A stretch of DNA of 61,912 bases, counting the filler, from Sphacelaria rigidula (lineage: Eukaryota): assembly GCA_964200075.2 (NCBI GenBank). It is 8 parts of 8 records of this genome, joined end to end, with 100 filler letters (N's around TTAATTAATTAA, not from the genome) between each part and the next. Parts side by side here need not be neighbours in the genome. Positions count along the whole stretch, not along the records: positions 23,257 to 30,908 come from CAXNAA020013922.1; positions 31,009 to 38,659 come from CAXNAA020013923.1; 6 more parts are not named here. One strand, given 5' to 3'. Made by a program: the position numbers and the translations under genes. Below are positions 24,505-36,671 of the stretch, one piece after another. The notes under the pieces are model-generated. The model was not told the origin of the DNA. It worked only from the letters and a program-made list of their open reading frames with translations, and did not search any database. The number at the start of each line of letters is the position of its first letter. Position 1 is the stretch's first letter.

Positions 24505-27500
24505 TTAGACATAGTTTCCGTACCTCACGCTAGGCTTGGGCGCCGGCGAGGGTGGCGTTCCTGTGGTGAAGTAGTATGTGGTGTCCGAGCCGTACGTCTC
24601 CTGGCGGTAGGGGGTCAAACTTCCCAGGAACACCTGCGGGCACACAAGTTTCGTTTGTGGAAGTGAACCGTTTGGATATCGTAGGGGTAAGAATGAGAAA
24701 TGGGTTGAATCAGCCTGCACAGGCGAACGTGAAATTGTTCTATCGGCCAGTACAAACCTGTACTGCTAGGTGCACAACCGTAGGTGGTCTCCTTGATCAA
24801 TCATATCATAGACGAAAAGCCGAGACGAGGGCATGGAACAAAGTGAGAAACTGGGACGAAACCATAACTTAGGACTCCGAAACGGAGAACACCAAACCAG
24901 GAAAACACAAAGACAAATAGCAGACTCACGCTGGCAGCATCGGCCGTGGGCACGGTGACCGGGATGACACCCGCACCGCCGGTGGAATCCAGACTCATAC
25001 CCACGATGATACCGGTAGCGGCGTCCTTGGTAGCCGTTACAATAGGGCTATCAGCGTCCAAAGCTTCGTGCTCTTGGAAGTTCACGCACAGGTCGTCGAA
25101 CTTGACCGACTGCACGTCCATTGATGTAGGGAAAGCGAGGTCAGATTGATGTTTTGGACGTTGGACGGCGGTAAAGCTTGTCACTCTCGTGCTACGGGTT
25201 GTCTTGGGGGGTGATGCTACGGTACGGGTTGCACGTCTTTAGCGAAACGCTTCCTCTGGGCGTTGGACGGTTTATTTTTAAAAACGGCATCATTTTTACT
25301 TGAAAAAGACTGAAAATGATGCCGATTCACGATAGGGGCTCTGCGGGTATCTTCATGTCCGATCCCAGCTAATTTGGATCGCATAGTAAGCCCCATATAT
25401 TTGGGCTCCTACAGAAAAGAGACCCAGAGCCATGCTACGACAGGGGGGGGAGAGGGTTCGATTCCACGAAAAACTGTGCTCTTATATTTGGCTAAAAGCG
25501 GTGTAAAGTAGTGTCAATGAGCGTCAGTCATCGGGAGTGAGCGCGTTCGAACAACTGTTTGCTGCTTTTAACGGAGATTGGAGTGGAATTTCGTGGAAGA
25601 AAATGGTCCAAAATCCCCGCCCCCCTATCGTAGAAGTGCTTTTGAACCCCTGAAATTGTTACTCAAGTCTAAAACGGTTGCTTGGAGATGTGACGAAATG
25701 CGTCATACCTTGACGGGGAAGGTGACGAACTTGGACAGGGTGGCCATGACATCTACGTACCACTTCTCCAGCGAGGACATGCCACCCAGGTCGGCAGTCG
25801 GGATAATATTGGCCTGGTGGAACATGTACTTGTCCCTGTTTTCGCGATAGCATCAAGTTGTGGAGAGCAAGGATCAAGCACGACTGAGGGGGGCGGAGCA
25901 AGCGGCGCGTCCACGACATCTTCGCGGAGTGGTGAGGTACCATTGTAACTACTAGGCACGGATGTCGTTGGGCTATGTTCACACAGATTGCTAGGTATTG
26001 GTGAGTCTGAAATTCCTGAAGTGCCGAATACAAGAACCTGACCAGCATGCCCTCGCATACCTGCGGCCCATGAGCATGTAGCGCGTGGTGGTCTCAGCCT
26101 CGGCCGTGTAAATGGCGTCGGTGGAACCGAAAGATGAGATGTCATCGTTGCTGTTGCAGCCGAACACGGAGCCGACGTTCGAGCACGTCTGCTCAAGGAT
26201 GCGTGATGGGCAACATAACACCACCGGGCGAGGGGACAACGGACGTGAGGTCACAAATCAGCCCCTTCCCGCACTTTCGCCGAGAATGGCTTCGATGGCC
26301 GAGCTGATCCCGTCGATCAGCAGTGAACACACTCACGAAACAAGACATTTCGGGACACGACCTAACGCATTTGCCTCCACATGATTCCTCACCCCACGGT
26401 TCGGTATGGTGGGGTCCAGCTCCGAGCAGCCGCAGACGATCCGCCTGATGTACTCGTTTTCATCCACGAGGCACTAATATTTCTCGGGCGGCCAACAACA
26501 GGATTGAAACCGAAAATGAACGACGACGACGACGACATCAGAAACCGACAGGGTCAGGGAACGGACGATGACTGACGAGCCGTTTTGTGAGCTCTCGAAG
26601 CGAGGGATTTTGCGGGACGTTGACAATAGACGACAGTCGCCCACGATAAGTCAAGTTTTCACTTTTCCACCGTACACCTTTGCAAAGTCAACTCTACTCT
26701 CAGGCCCCAGACCGGTTGTGGATGACGATACCATATTGGAGTTTCACTCGGCTTCAGCCCACCCCTACCTTGCCGCTGACGCAGTTATAGTAGACGTAGG
26801 TGGCGTAACGAGGCACGATCTGCATCCCAGCGTGCCCTTGTTCGCAAAGATATCAACATGCGCGGTGGGAAAAGTCCGAAGACAACGGGGTCAGGTCGAG
26901 ATGATGCGCAGCTTTGGCTCTTCGGTCCACCATATTTCATAACGACCTGCACGTCATCGTTCCCTCTCCCTATCCCTCCTTCCTTGATGGGCCAAATAGC
27001 AGATTTCGCGAAGCGTTTTTCCCTTCTACGCAGACTGACGTGAAGCAAATGAGGATGGAAGCGCGCCGTCGACTTCCTCGTGCTCTACACCGCAGTGTTT
27101 CGAGCGATCTCTAGCGAGTTCTCACCGTTTGTGGCCACGGTGGAGTAGATGGAGTGAAACTGGCTGTTCTCGTTGACGAGGCTTACGGTGGTCTGTATGC
27201 CATCGTACGTGTTGTCACCGGGGTAGCAAGTCATGAGGTTGGCTTCACCGGACCTGAGACAGTTGGCGTTGAAGAGACCGGTGATACCCGGCGAAACCAT
27301 GCTGCGCCAGTTGTAAGTGTCCATGTCGAACATACCCGAATACACCGCGATCCGCACGTTGGCTGTGTTTTGGGCGAAGCGTTGGTGGTTGAAAATAAGA
27401 TGAACGGGTGGGGCGAGAACAAGTCCGGCGAGGCGACAGAAAGGGGACAGGATGAAGACAAGCGTGCTTCAAGAGCACTTCGAAAAGTGCACGAAATAAA

Positions 27501-30500
27501 TCAGCTTTCAATTTGGTGATGTTGCCGACACCTACGTTTCGAAAGGGGTTCAATCTAGACGGATTTGTGACAGGTAGGTCACGAACGTGGTCAGCGTGAA
27601 GGGATGTATTTCGGGTACCCTCTGTCCTCGGGGTAATTTTGGCACCGAGTGACTCAGGGTGCCTCAAGAATATATGTAGGGCTTCACAAATCCGGAGTCG
27701 GATCACGCCTCTTTCCTTCTTCGGTGCCTGCTGACCCCCCTGACAAACACGTACTCCTTCATGGTCAATATTTGGTGCTGCTTCCTATGGCCGCACGCAC
27801 AGAGATTACCCCCTCTCCCCTCCCTCCCTGCAACCCAAACGCCCCCAACTCTCGGCCATTCTGTACACACCTCCATCTTCGGCGTTGCAGTCTGACGCTT
27901 GGAGCTCGTCGCGAGAAAGATGTGTGAGGGTATGACTACCATGGAAGCCATCGTTGGGGTAAGCTAGTACCGCCTGGAGCAGAGCATCACTGTCCCATCC
28001 ACCGGCGGCCGCCTCGGCCTCGATGAGGGGTACGGTAACACTCATGTAGTTCGGAGGAATAACAACACTCTGCAGGCCTGGAACGTGTGAGGTACGGGGG
28101 GGGCGAAGGGGAGGGAGGGAGCAACCACAGCAATATTGGTTTTGCCCAAAGTGTGATGAAGTATAGGTTACGAGGTCATGCCCTTCGATACACTGTGAAG
28201 AGTCCGTGCGGCTGGGCACCGACGGGGGTCGCACTGCTTGTTATCGTTGTGGAACGTGGGTAGGCATCTAGGGGGATTACCGGTGAGTGGTGTATGGAGT
28301 GGAGTGAGGGGAGGGGAATTCTGGGCAACATCTTCCACGAAATCCCACCCCAACCGTCGTTTAAAATAGCAACGTCTGCTCGAACGCGTTCGGATTCAAC
28401 AACGTGCACTCATTTGTACCATGTGACACCGTTTTCACCAAGTTCAACCACTCCCTCTCCCATGGAACCATCATTCAAGTCTGCTTTGAAGCTCTCTTCG
28501 ACCACCTCAGTTGCTCACTGGAATTTACTAAACCGTATGAATTGCGGCATCGGTCACGTAGATGCATCGGTAGAGTGTTTAAACAGAAGTACCTGATCGA
28601 TGAGGGCAACAAGAGAATAACGAAAAACCAAGGAAGTGGAGTAGATATAGAAAACACTCGATGTGTATGATGAGCTAAGAACTAGTCACGCACTCGAGAG
28701 AAATCCTTGACAATCACTGGCCATGGTGTCACCCTAAGGAGACTGTGCTAATAGCGAAGTCATGGTAACAGGTCGCGACACCATCAGCTACCAAAACAAC
28801 AGCGACAAGGGTGCGTAACGGAGGGGCAGAAAATTGGAGAGATTCTTCTCATTTCATACAAATCTCAAACTGCACAACATCTCCTTCATCGCAACACCCA
28901 ACCACGTGCGGGGGACGAACACTGCGGCACACTATTGAGCAGTCCATGCACACATGACAAGACTTGTTGGTCATAGGCCGAACTCACCAGGAGGCGTCAT
29001 CTTCGTCCCCTTGACAGTGACGATCGTCTCCTCGTACGGAGGTACGTGGAGAGAGCCGACCTGTGACGCCGTCGCACGGGGGCGGTGGACCAGGGCAGCG
29101 AGATAAGTCGCTGTGTATACACCAACCCACTAGTGTTGCAATGCGTGAGAGGACCGCGTGCTTAGAGGATCGCATCGGCGTTTGAATATCCTTCTGGTTA
29201 GGGTTAGGGTTAGTCTTAGGGGTTAGGGTCAGGGGCGTGGTTCCTGCGGGGACTGGCCGATTAGTTCTAAAAAACGTCGATCCTGGGGTGTTTCGAACTA
29301 CGATGCGGTTCTCTACGCACGTGGTCCTCCCACGCATGACAAGTGTGATCGGGGCTGCGAGCGCCGTTACGGAGGGCACAGTCACAGCGATCAGGACTGG
29401 AGTTGCACAATCTCAGCACAAAATACTACCGCAGTAATTACCGGTCAAGTTGACTTCAGCTTCACCGCGCACGGCACGACACACCGCTCGCGCCGTGCAG
29501 ATCTTCATCCACTACAAACACGGACGATAGTCCACATTGCAATTGAGCAGGCGCCCGCCGAAATAAATGCGAGGATACGGTCGAACGCTGCACCTTATTC
29601 CGGCGGAGGGTATGCAACATCAGTCTACCGAGAATAGACATAGTTTCGCAGGTACGTCCGTACGTGTATATCGGAATGCGTGGAAGGATCGCGTGCGTTT
29701 TGGACCGCATGGGGAATATGAACACCCTAGGATCGAGGTTTTCAAGACCGCTCGGGCCAGTCCCTGCAGAAATCGCGCGTCTGACCCTCACCGTAACCTC
29801 AACCCTAACCCTAGGGGTGTTCATACTCCGATGCTGTTCAAAATGCACGAGGTCCTTTCACGCATGACATATATCTGAAGGTGAGTATTTCGAATGCATA
29901 CGCCGAGAAGGTAATGCTCCCGTTTAGACTGCATGTACCCCGGAGATGGATCCCTAAGAGAACATCAACGACCTATGCAGCTCCTCTCATACGATGAAAA
30001 ACGACGGCACAAGATTGAACAACACCCCAACTGAACTTAGAGACTGGCAACGACACACATATTTCTCGGGGACGAAAAGGGGGGGCGGGAATGGGGGAGG
30101 GGAGACTGCGAAATTCGTCCATTTTATTTCACCTGTACCCTTTGTTCATATTCACCTCTTGAAGGATACCAGCCCCGTTGAAAGCGTACTCCGTGATGAT
30201 TTCCGACGAATATTGACTGTTTAAGTCATTCTGCACGTTGATCATCTTCTCATAGTCCGCAGCTGAACATCTGTACGCCTGTATAGTTTGAACCGCGAGT
30301 TGCACATCCGGTACAATACCAACAGGTGGGACAGACGGGCGAATTTACCGTGAGTAAGCAGAGGATGACCGTAAACATAAGTGGTTCAAGTGTGAGCAGG
30401 TGAAGGCGAAGGCGCGAAATATCCAAATATATCGATGACGTAAACTTGGACATTTCTCCATCAGCTCATTTCGCACCCACAAAAATGGACTGGTTGCGCA

Positions 30501-30718
30501 GGATACCGTCATAGTGTCCTTGAAATCAGATCCCCGGCAGAACGCCAGGAGGTCCGAATAGTGCAACCCGGAGAATCAAGAGGGAGTACGATTGTAAGGG
30601 TTCTGGGCAACGAAACTACACTTACCGGGCCCTCATTGAATAAGCCATTGTATTCGAATTCGTGCGTAGCGAGGAACATATCATCAACCGTGGCTCCCAG
30701 GTAGAAACGACGCTCTCC
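24505..30718 (-). CDS. agd3: Agd3-like (CE18-type) metal-dependent polysaccharide deacetylase, 11 exons, 5'-incomplete
   Basis: Exons 30718-30626, 30278-30156, 29060-28988, 28077-27871, 27362-27126, 26836-26769, 26473-26393, 26188-26061, 25835-25709, 25109-24930 and 24633-(24524 donor or 24505 stop). All have GT-AG boundaries and consistent phase, giving ~475 stop-free codons. Ordered motifs: GERRFYLGATVDDMFL, EYAFNGAG, SHTLTH, SPGITGLFN..GDNT, GMQIVPRYATYVYYNC, DKYMFHQAN, ETYGSD. These parallel fungal Agd3 motifs as recalled (RRVxLxTQIDDMFL, SHTFTH, PPAITGLHN..GDN, PRWATxIYYNC, YMFHQAN). Confidence 0.85.
29141..29337 (+). mobile_element. ~200-bp non-autonomous element with IRs and an internal TTAGGG-like tract (intron of the Agd3-like gene)
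   Basis: atgcgtgagaggaccgcgtg ... cacgtggtcctcccacgcat, with internal ggttagggttagggttag. Confidence 0.7.
29676..29865 (-). mobile_element. Second copy of the TTAGGG-containing element, core inverted
   Basis: The internal sequence matches the reverse complement of 29141-29337 (..ggccagtccctgcag..aaccctaacccta..). Confidence 0.7.
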
Positions 30719-30808
30719 CTACCGTCCATGCAAAGCCGGGTGGATGATAGACACATACGAGGTCGAGTAAGAAGGCGGGAGACGGCGGAGGGCGAGCGAG
30801 GCGCGCGC

Positions 30809-30839
<31 letters not shown>

Positions 30840-32841
30840 ACGGTTTTTTTTTGGGGAACCCGCGGGGAAGAAAAAGGAGGGGGAACGGGCGGGAAGAGGG
30901 GGGATATTNNNNNNNNNNNNNNNNNNNNNNNNNNNNNNNNNNNNNNNNNNNNTTAATTAATTAANNNNNNNNNNNNNNNNNNNNNNNNNNNNNNNNNNNN
31001 NNNNNNNNGGGGGGGGGGTGTACTGATGACCATGCATGCCATAGTAGGGGGGGGGGGGAAAGGAAATGCTTCAGTATAAAAACATGCCTTGGAATGTTAG
31101 TTGTGCATGTATCGTGTGCGACAGCTTATCGCACAAAATTCTCCTGTGGTTTCACCAATTCCCCCCCTCCTCCGCGAGACAGTCGATATATATTAGACCC
31201 TGGTTTGTCTTACTACTCTCGTACCTACACTATACTCCTGTCTCGTAAGGAGGCTGAAGTTGACTGGGGGGGGGGATGGGTCGTGCGGCTGATGGCGGGC
31301 CGCAAACAAGAAGACAGGCAAACTATTTACTATTTTCGGGAAAAGGGGTGATGAATGACGGATGACGAAGACTACATTTGTTTGTTTGTTTATTTGTTTT
31401 CTTTGTCCTCCTTTGCTTCTGGTCTAGCGAGCTAACAATGAAAAACAAGAGAGAAAAAAACAAACATGGAGGTCACTTTTCTCCCGCTGCGTGCTTTTTT
31501 TTACTTCAACACACACAGACACACACAGACACTTTTGTTTTCTGTCTTCCCCGACTTTTTTTCTCTACAATAATCGCGAAAGAAAAAGAGTAAATGCATA
31601 CCTGTATGTATGTGCGTGTGTAGGATAACGAAAATTTCCCAGCTAAGACCAGCTATATGCCGCGGACGCTATATCGGGGATTTAGTTGTGGAGCCTGGGT
31701 TCGTGGATATGGTGCAGTAATGTGGGGGCACATAAAGAGTCACGGTTCTCTACTTCCTAGAGAGTAAGTCGCTCCTTGGGGACCAGACAGCTAGCAAGAT
31801 GTTGGTCGTGGCGCATGACCTCTGGTGGATGTTATCCTAGGGGTCGGAACTACGGAACATCGGCGAAACGTGAAGAACATATTGTTCAGCTGTATGGTAG
31901 TCAGCATTATAAGTCTGCGGAAATCGTATTATAGTTGTTATTATTTCCGAGTTTTTTTCGAGTACTATTCTTCATTAGTACTTGAAAGTGCTAGCGTCGG
32001 TAGATTTATTGCAGGGGGAAAGCGTAGGCCGCGCTCAAACAACAGTGCCCAAATTGGTGTTTTTGGGGCGATACGGACTAGATACCCCGTTTACCAGGAG
32101 GGTGTTATTGATCGTTTTCGGTCCATTAGAAACAGTTTTCCGGCTCTTTCGCAACGAAATGGTGAATGTTCAGATAAATAAATATGTATACAATTCTTCA
32201 AAAAAACGATCGAGATTGTCTTTCCCCCCTATACTGCACAGAGATCAATCCAGCATTTTCCGTGAAGGGTTTCTGTTCTGTTTTTTTCCGCATAATATTC
32301 TCCATGAGCACCCGAAAGCGCTAGCGTCAATATTTTTGGCAAAATAAGCAGATCGTGTTCAAATCACAATGCCCGAGTTGGTGTTGTGGGGGCGATACGA
32401 AGTAAAGACCCCGTTGATCAGGAGGGTGTCTTTGATCGTGAATGGTCCAAGACACACAGTTCTTCGGCTCTAGCGCAGTGAATAGGTGGAACTTAAAAAA
32501 AAACATTGATTTTCCATGTATTCACATATATGATCGGGATCAAGTCGGTCCACCAAATGTACCGAAAAGCCAGAACCTGGGGTCGCACTTTCGCAGGACC
32601 GCCGAAGATCGGTCAAGCTCGTATGTCTCCCGATATTGATCGCAATTTTTTTTTTCTTTCGATATTTATCAAAGAGATGATAATATTCCCAGGTCCCCAT
32701 TTTTTGGCATCCAACGTCCACCGTGATGAGCGGTGGCAAGCGAAAGAAATTTGGGAAATCTCCAAGTAACTAAGAAATTACTAATTCCGCAGACTACTGA
32801 TGCAGACTACTGTATGTCGTGCGATTTTGGTTGCTCCGCAG

Positions 32842-35373
32842 GCGATGGCGTCGTACACCATGGCAGTAGGCATGTTTCGAGCGGGAGCAGGGGCCGGTGA
32901 CGGTGGAGGAGGCGTAGGACCTATGGAGGGTGTAGCAGCCGAAGACATGGCCGCGATGCAGGCGCTACTGGAAGAAGACGAAAATAGCCCCGACGCTTAC
33001 GCTATGGCCGAGGATGACTCGCTTGATTATGACGTGAGATTCGGTCGTTTAGTGTCGCCGCCGGGCTCCGGTGGTCTCAACTATAATGGTACAAATGAAA
33101 TTTGTTTGCGAGGAAGAGCGAGGGTTCGCATCCTGGCAGATGGGATTTTTTTTTTTAATTCTGGGAAGTATCGCTGTAATACCTCGTCTGTCCCATAAGT
33201 AAAGTCGGTTATGGGGTACAGGTTATGCGCCTTGAACGGATGGGCCTACGAAACTGAAGTTAAAGTTAGGTTCATTATCAATAGAGAGTTTTGATTTTTT
33301 TTTTTTGCGTTTTTGGATCACGACGCCAGAAAAAAAAGCCGTTAACGGCACACGCTGGATATTGACAATGACAAGGTTGCAAAGTTGTGTTCTGAAGGGT
33401 ACGGGAATGTTCAATAGGGTATGAGATTCCTTTCAGAACCTAAAGATTTATCGGGTACCGGCATGAAGGTCTTACATAAGTTACAGCGCCTGTCGGGTGG
33501 GGTATGGGAGGCTTATGGAACTCACAGAATGCTCGGGTAGGGTATGAAGGTTGCGCAGAATACCGAACCCGCAACAGGGTATTCTACAAGAGTATACCGG
33601 CGCCCCGGGTTTGGGTCCACATTCCGTAGAGAACCTACAGAACTGTCGGGCACGGGTACGGAAGACCTACATAACTCACAGATCTGTCGGGTACCGGTAT
33701 GAAAGTCTTTGATAACTCACAGAACTATCGGGTATGGGTATGGCAGTCTCGCAGAAGTCATGGAACTGTCGGGTACCTGAATGAGAACCTGATAGGAGTC
33801 ACAGGACTGTTGGGTATGGATAATACCCAGGAAAATACCCCGGGTATACACAAACCGTACCCTACAGGCCACGACCTTGGACAGGTCCACCGTCAACGTC
33901 GGTCACCTGCACCTTGGTGCTTGATCCCCCTGGTGGTGCAGATGGATCACCCCTACTCGGGATCACCCCTACTCGAGCTACCACTCGAGTACGGGGGTGA
34001 AAAATCCTGATCGTTTGTATTTGCTGTTCATGATTCATGCTTCCACTCAACGGTACCCCGTAACCCGGTAGGAAACGAAATGTACAAATTCGAATTTTGT
34101 GGGTGTGTGGTGCGAGGGAGGTTTGGTGGATGGGGGTTTGGGGTACAAGTTCAGGTTCATCATATTGTGTTGGGATTGAACCTTTATCCCTCGCCCCAGG
34201 GTACATACACAGCTCGTACCTGCATCGGGTATATCTACAAGGGTATCCCCAGGGATGTGGAAGGCTCGCAGAACTTACAGAGTGGTGGGGATAGAGCACG
34301 ACTGTCTTACAGAACTTATAAAGTCTCTGGTACTGGTATGAAAGTCTTACAGAAGTCGCTCAGGGTATGGAGGTTGCACAGAAAATCTTACCCGGAAATG
34401 GGTATTTTTACAAGGGTATACCCGTGCCCCCGGCAAGGGTATGTAGGCTTTTAGGACTCACGGAACTATCGGGTATGGGTATGAAAGTATTGCAGATGTT
34501 TCAGATATGTCGGGTACCGGTATGAAAGTTTTGAAGAAGTCACAGAGCTGCCGGGTACGGGTACCGTACCCTATAGAACACAACCTCGGTAGTTCACGTG
34601 TAAGTAATGGAAAATGGCACCATCCGTCTGTGCGTCCGTCCATAAAAGCGTGTAAGACATCTGGTATTGAATCACATTGAAAAGTAGCAGCGCGTGGGTC
34701 ATCTTGCAAAGCATTGAGGATACTGTTGCCGTAAATGATCAGAGTAGAAGCAGACTGCTTTTCTGCTTCAACCTTTGTTTTGTTGTGAGAACACCCTACA
34801 GAGCATGGAGGGAACCGTGATCATACTACGAAATATTTAGTAAGGACGCTCGCTCTGTGTTTTTTTTGCTTCAACCTATATTTTTGAGTCATCCTCCACA
34901 AGAATTCAGGGTGTTGTTGCGGCAAAACAACAAAAGGTTGAAGGCACCCCCATTTCTTTCTTTATCCTACCTTAATTTTGGTTTCGTTGTCACTTTTCTA
35001 GGGCATGCTCGAGCTCGGAAGTGCTATCGGTGACGTTCGCAAGGAGCGATGGCGACTTAGGTGCGAAAAAACGGAAAAAAACGGAAAAACTCAAAGACGG
35101 AAACGCCTTTTTTTTTGTATTTCATTCGCTGGATTTCACTCTGCTGTAGTCGCGTAGGGCTTGACCTGTTACTGAAAGGAACCCGGAAAATAAAAATGTG
35201 GATGGGAAGTTTCAGGGAGTTTCACGCGGCAGGGATCTCGCGGGATGTATGCCAGCACGGGATAGGATGTCCCCTTCCGTCCCCTTGATACGCATCCCCA
35301 ATTTCCCGATCCGCCCTATCATTTCTGAGGCAATGCGTCCAGTCTACAGTGCTACTGGTGCAATCATTTCCAT

Positions 35374-35441
<68 letters not shown>

Positions 35442-36671
35442 ACTACTACTATCACTACTACTACTTACTACTGCTATTGCTACTGCTATTGCTACTACTA
35501 CGACTACGAAGGAGAACACTGTTGCTTTTATGAAGAGAGGATGGCAGCGCCAAATCACACCACTCGACTACCACCATCGTGATCTAATACATCGACAGCA
35601 GGCAACATGCACGGTTCTCCGGTGTCCGCATGTTTCATTTGTTGCTTTTGCTGCTACTGCTGTTGCTGTCTGATATTCATGACGATGGTAGTGGCGGTGG
35701 TGTTGGTGATGCCGTTGTTTCCATTGCTGCTGTTGTTGCTGCTGCTTCTACCGCTGCTGTTATTGGATCCAGGAGCAAGGACGTGATCAAGTCGCTTGGA
35801 CGATTTCGATACACGGTTCCCGACAACAGCGAGGGATCGGGGGAGCAAGAGGACACAAAGTGAGTGTGAACATGGGAAAAATACACAAATACGCCATCAT
35901 TAGGTAAAAATGTCCGATTAACCGTAACCCGAACCCAACAACGACAGGAGCAGAAACAACAACAAGAGGTTTGCCGCAGGCACCTTTGCACCACCCACTG
36001 CATTGGATCTATCTGCTTTAGGTTGGGATTCGTCGAAAATGAGGACTTATATGCCAATCGTAGGATTCTGACGATGGATTAGGGGCGGGGGGGGGTGGTA
36101 GGTCCACCTCCAGTAACCCCGGGCTGCCATTTTGTGAGGGTGATGATGAACATAATGATCCGCTCCCGCGGGAGACTTGCTTACCGGGAGGGCTGATTCG
36201 TGAACTAGTCTTGGAGTCTAGGTTCGTGAATGCAAGGCGGAGCATCCACAGGTTGATGGTGATAAAGAGAGCGAATGTCTTGTTGGAGACCCAACAGCGA
36301 GCAAGCTCTTGGTCGTGGCGGGATGATCTATCGTGGATGTTGTGTAGGGCACCGGAATTACGGAACCTCAGGAATTTCAGGAACGTGCTTTGCCATAATC
36401 GGAAGGAAACATGAAGGAAAGAAAGTGGAGAAAAAATACTCTAATCCGTACAGCTGATGATGATTTGTCTCCCCAAAGCAGGGGCTCATGTTTTGCGTGT
36501 GTGTCGTGCGTTCAGAGATTTTGCGCAGAATTTCTGTTTGTGTGTGTCTATGTATTCATGTGCACGTGTGTTGTTGGTCGTTTGTCGTCTTCAGGTGCCT
36601 GATTTGCCAGTGCGACTTTGAGGTGGACGAAGAGCTGAGGAGACTGCCTTGTGATCACACCTTTCATACGG
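32842..36671 (+). CDS. RING-H2 E3 ubiquitin ligase (BIG BROTHER-related/RNF-like C-terminus), 4 internal exons, partial
   Basis: Exons 32842-33033, 35002-35060, 35773-35859 and 36595-36671 are phase-consistent and give ..SLDYD-GMLELGSAIGDVRKERWRLR-SKDVIKSLGRFRY..EDTK-CLICQCDFEVDEELRRLPCDHTFH. The last RING exon was not located. Confidence 0.85.
33182..33212. repeat. Orphan mariner TIR (same family as 2016-3035)
   Basis: TA-cctcgtctgtcccataagtaaagtcggttatg. Confidence 0.7.
33380..34589. mobile_element. Non-autonomous DNA element(s) with degenerate ~40-bp internal tandem repeats and TIRs (possibly hAT-like), in an intron
   Basis: Repeat unit ~cgggtaccggtatgaaagtcttacagaactcacagaactgt. Termini agttgtgttctgaagggtacgg / ccgtaccctatagaacacaacct. 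A further right end lies near 33879. Confidence 0.65.
35376..35505. repeat. (CTA)n microsatellite
   Basis: Long, nearly perfect ACT/CTA run. Other simple repeats lie at 1251-1272 (TA), 36714-36912 (ATG/ATA), 40457-40520 (TGTTG), 42852-42892 (CAG) and 59853-59878 (TA). Confidence 0.95.

Noticed and set aside
29196-29230. Telomere or chromosome end (TTAGGG)
   Set aside because: Only a few imperfect units, internal to a small dispersed element.
29462-29520. Extra exon of the Agd3-like gene
   Set aside because: The flanking exons (30278-30156 and 29060-28988) already join in phase, and no family motif is present.
33380-34589. CRISPR-like array
   Set aside because: The units are degenerate tandem repeats without unique spacers, there are no cas genes, and they lie in a eukaryotic intron.
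35198-35863. Poly-Thr/Leu/Ser ORFs
   Set aside because: They are translations of microsatellites; only 35773-35859 is a supported exon.
24505-36671. Gene cluster of the Agd3-like deacetylase with the RING ligase
   Set aside because: An artificial linker at 30909-31008 separates them, so the adjacency is not biological.
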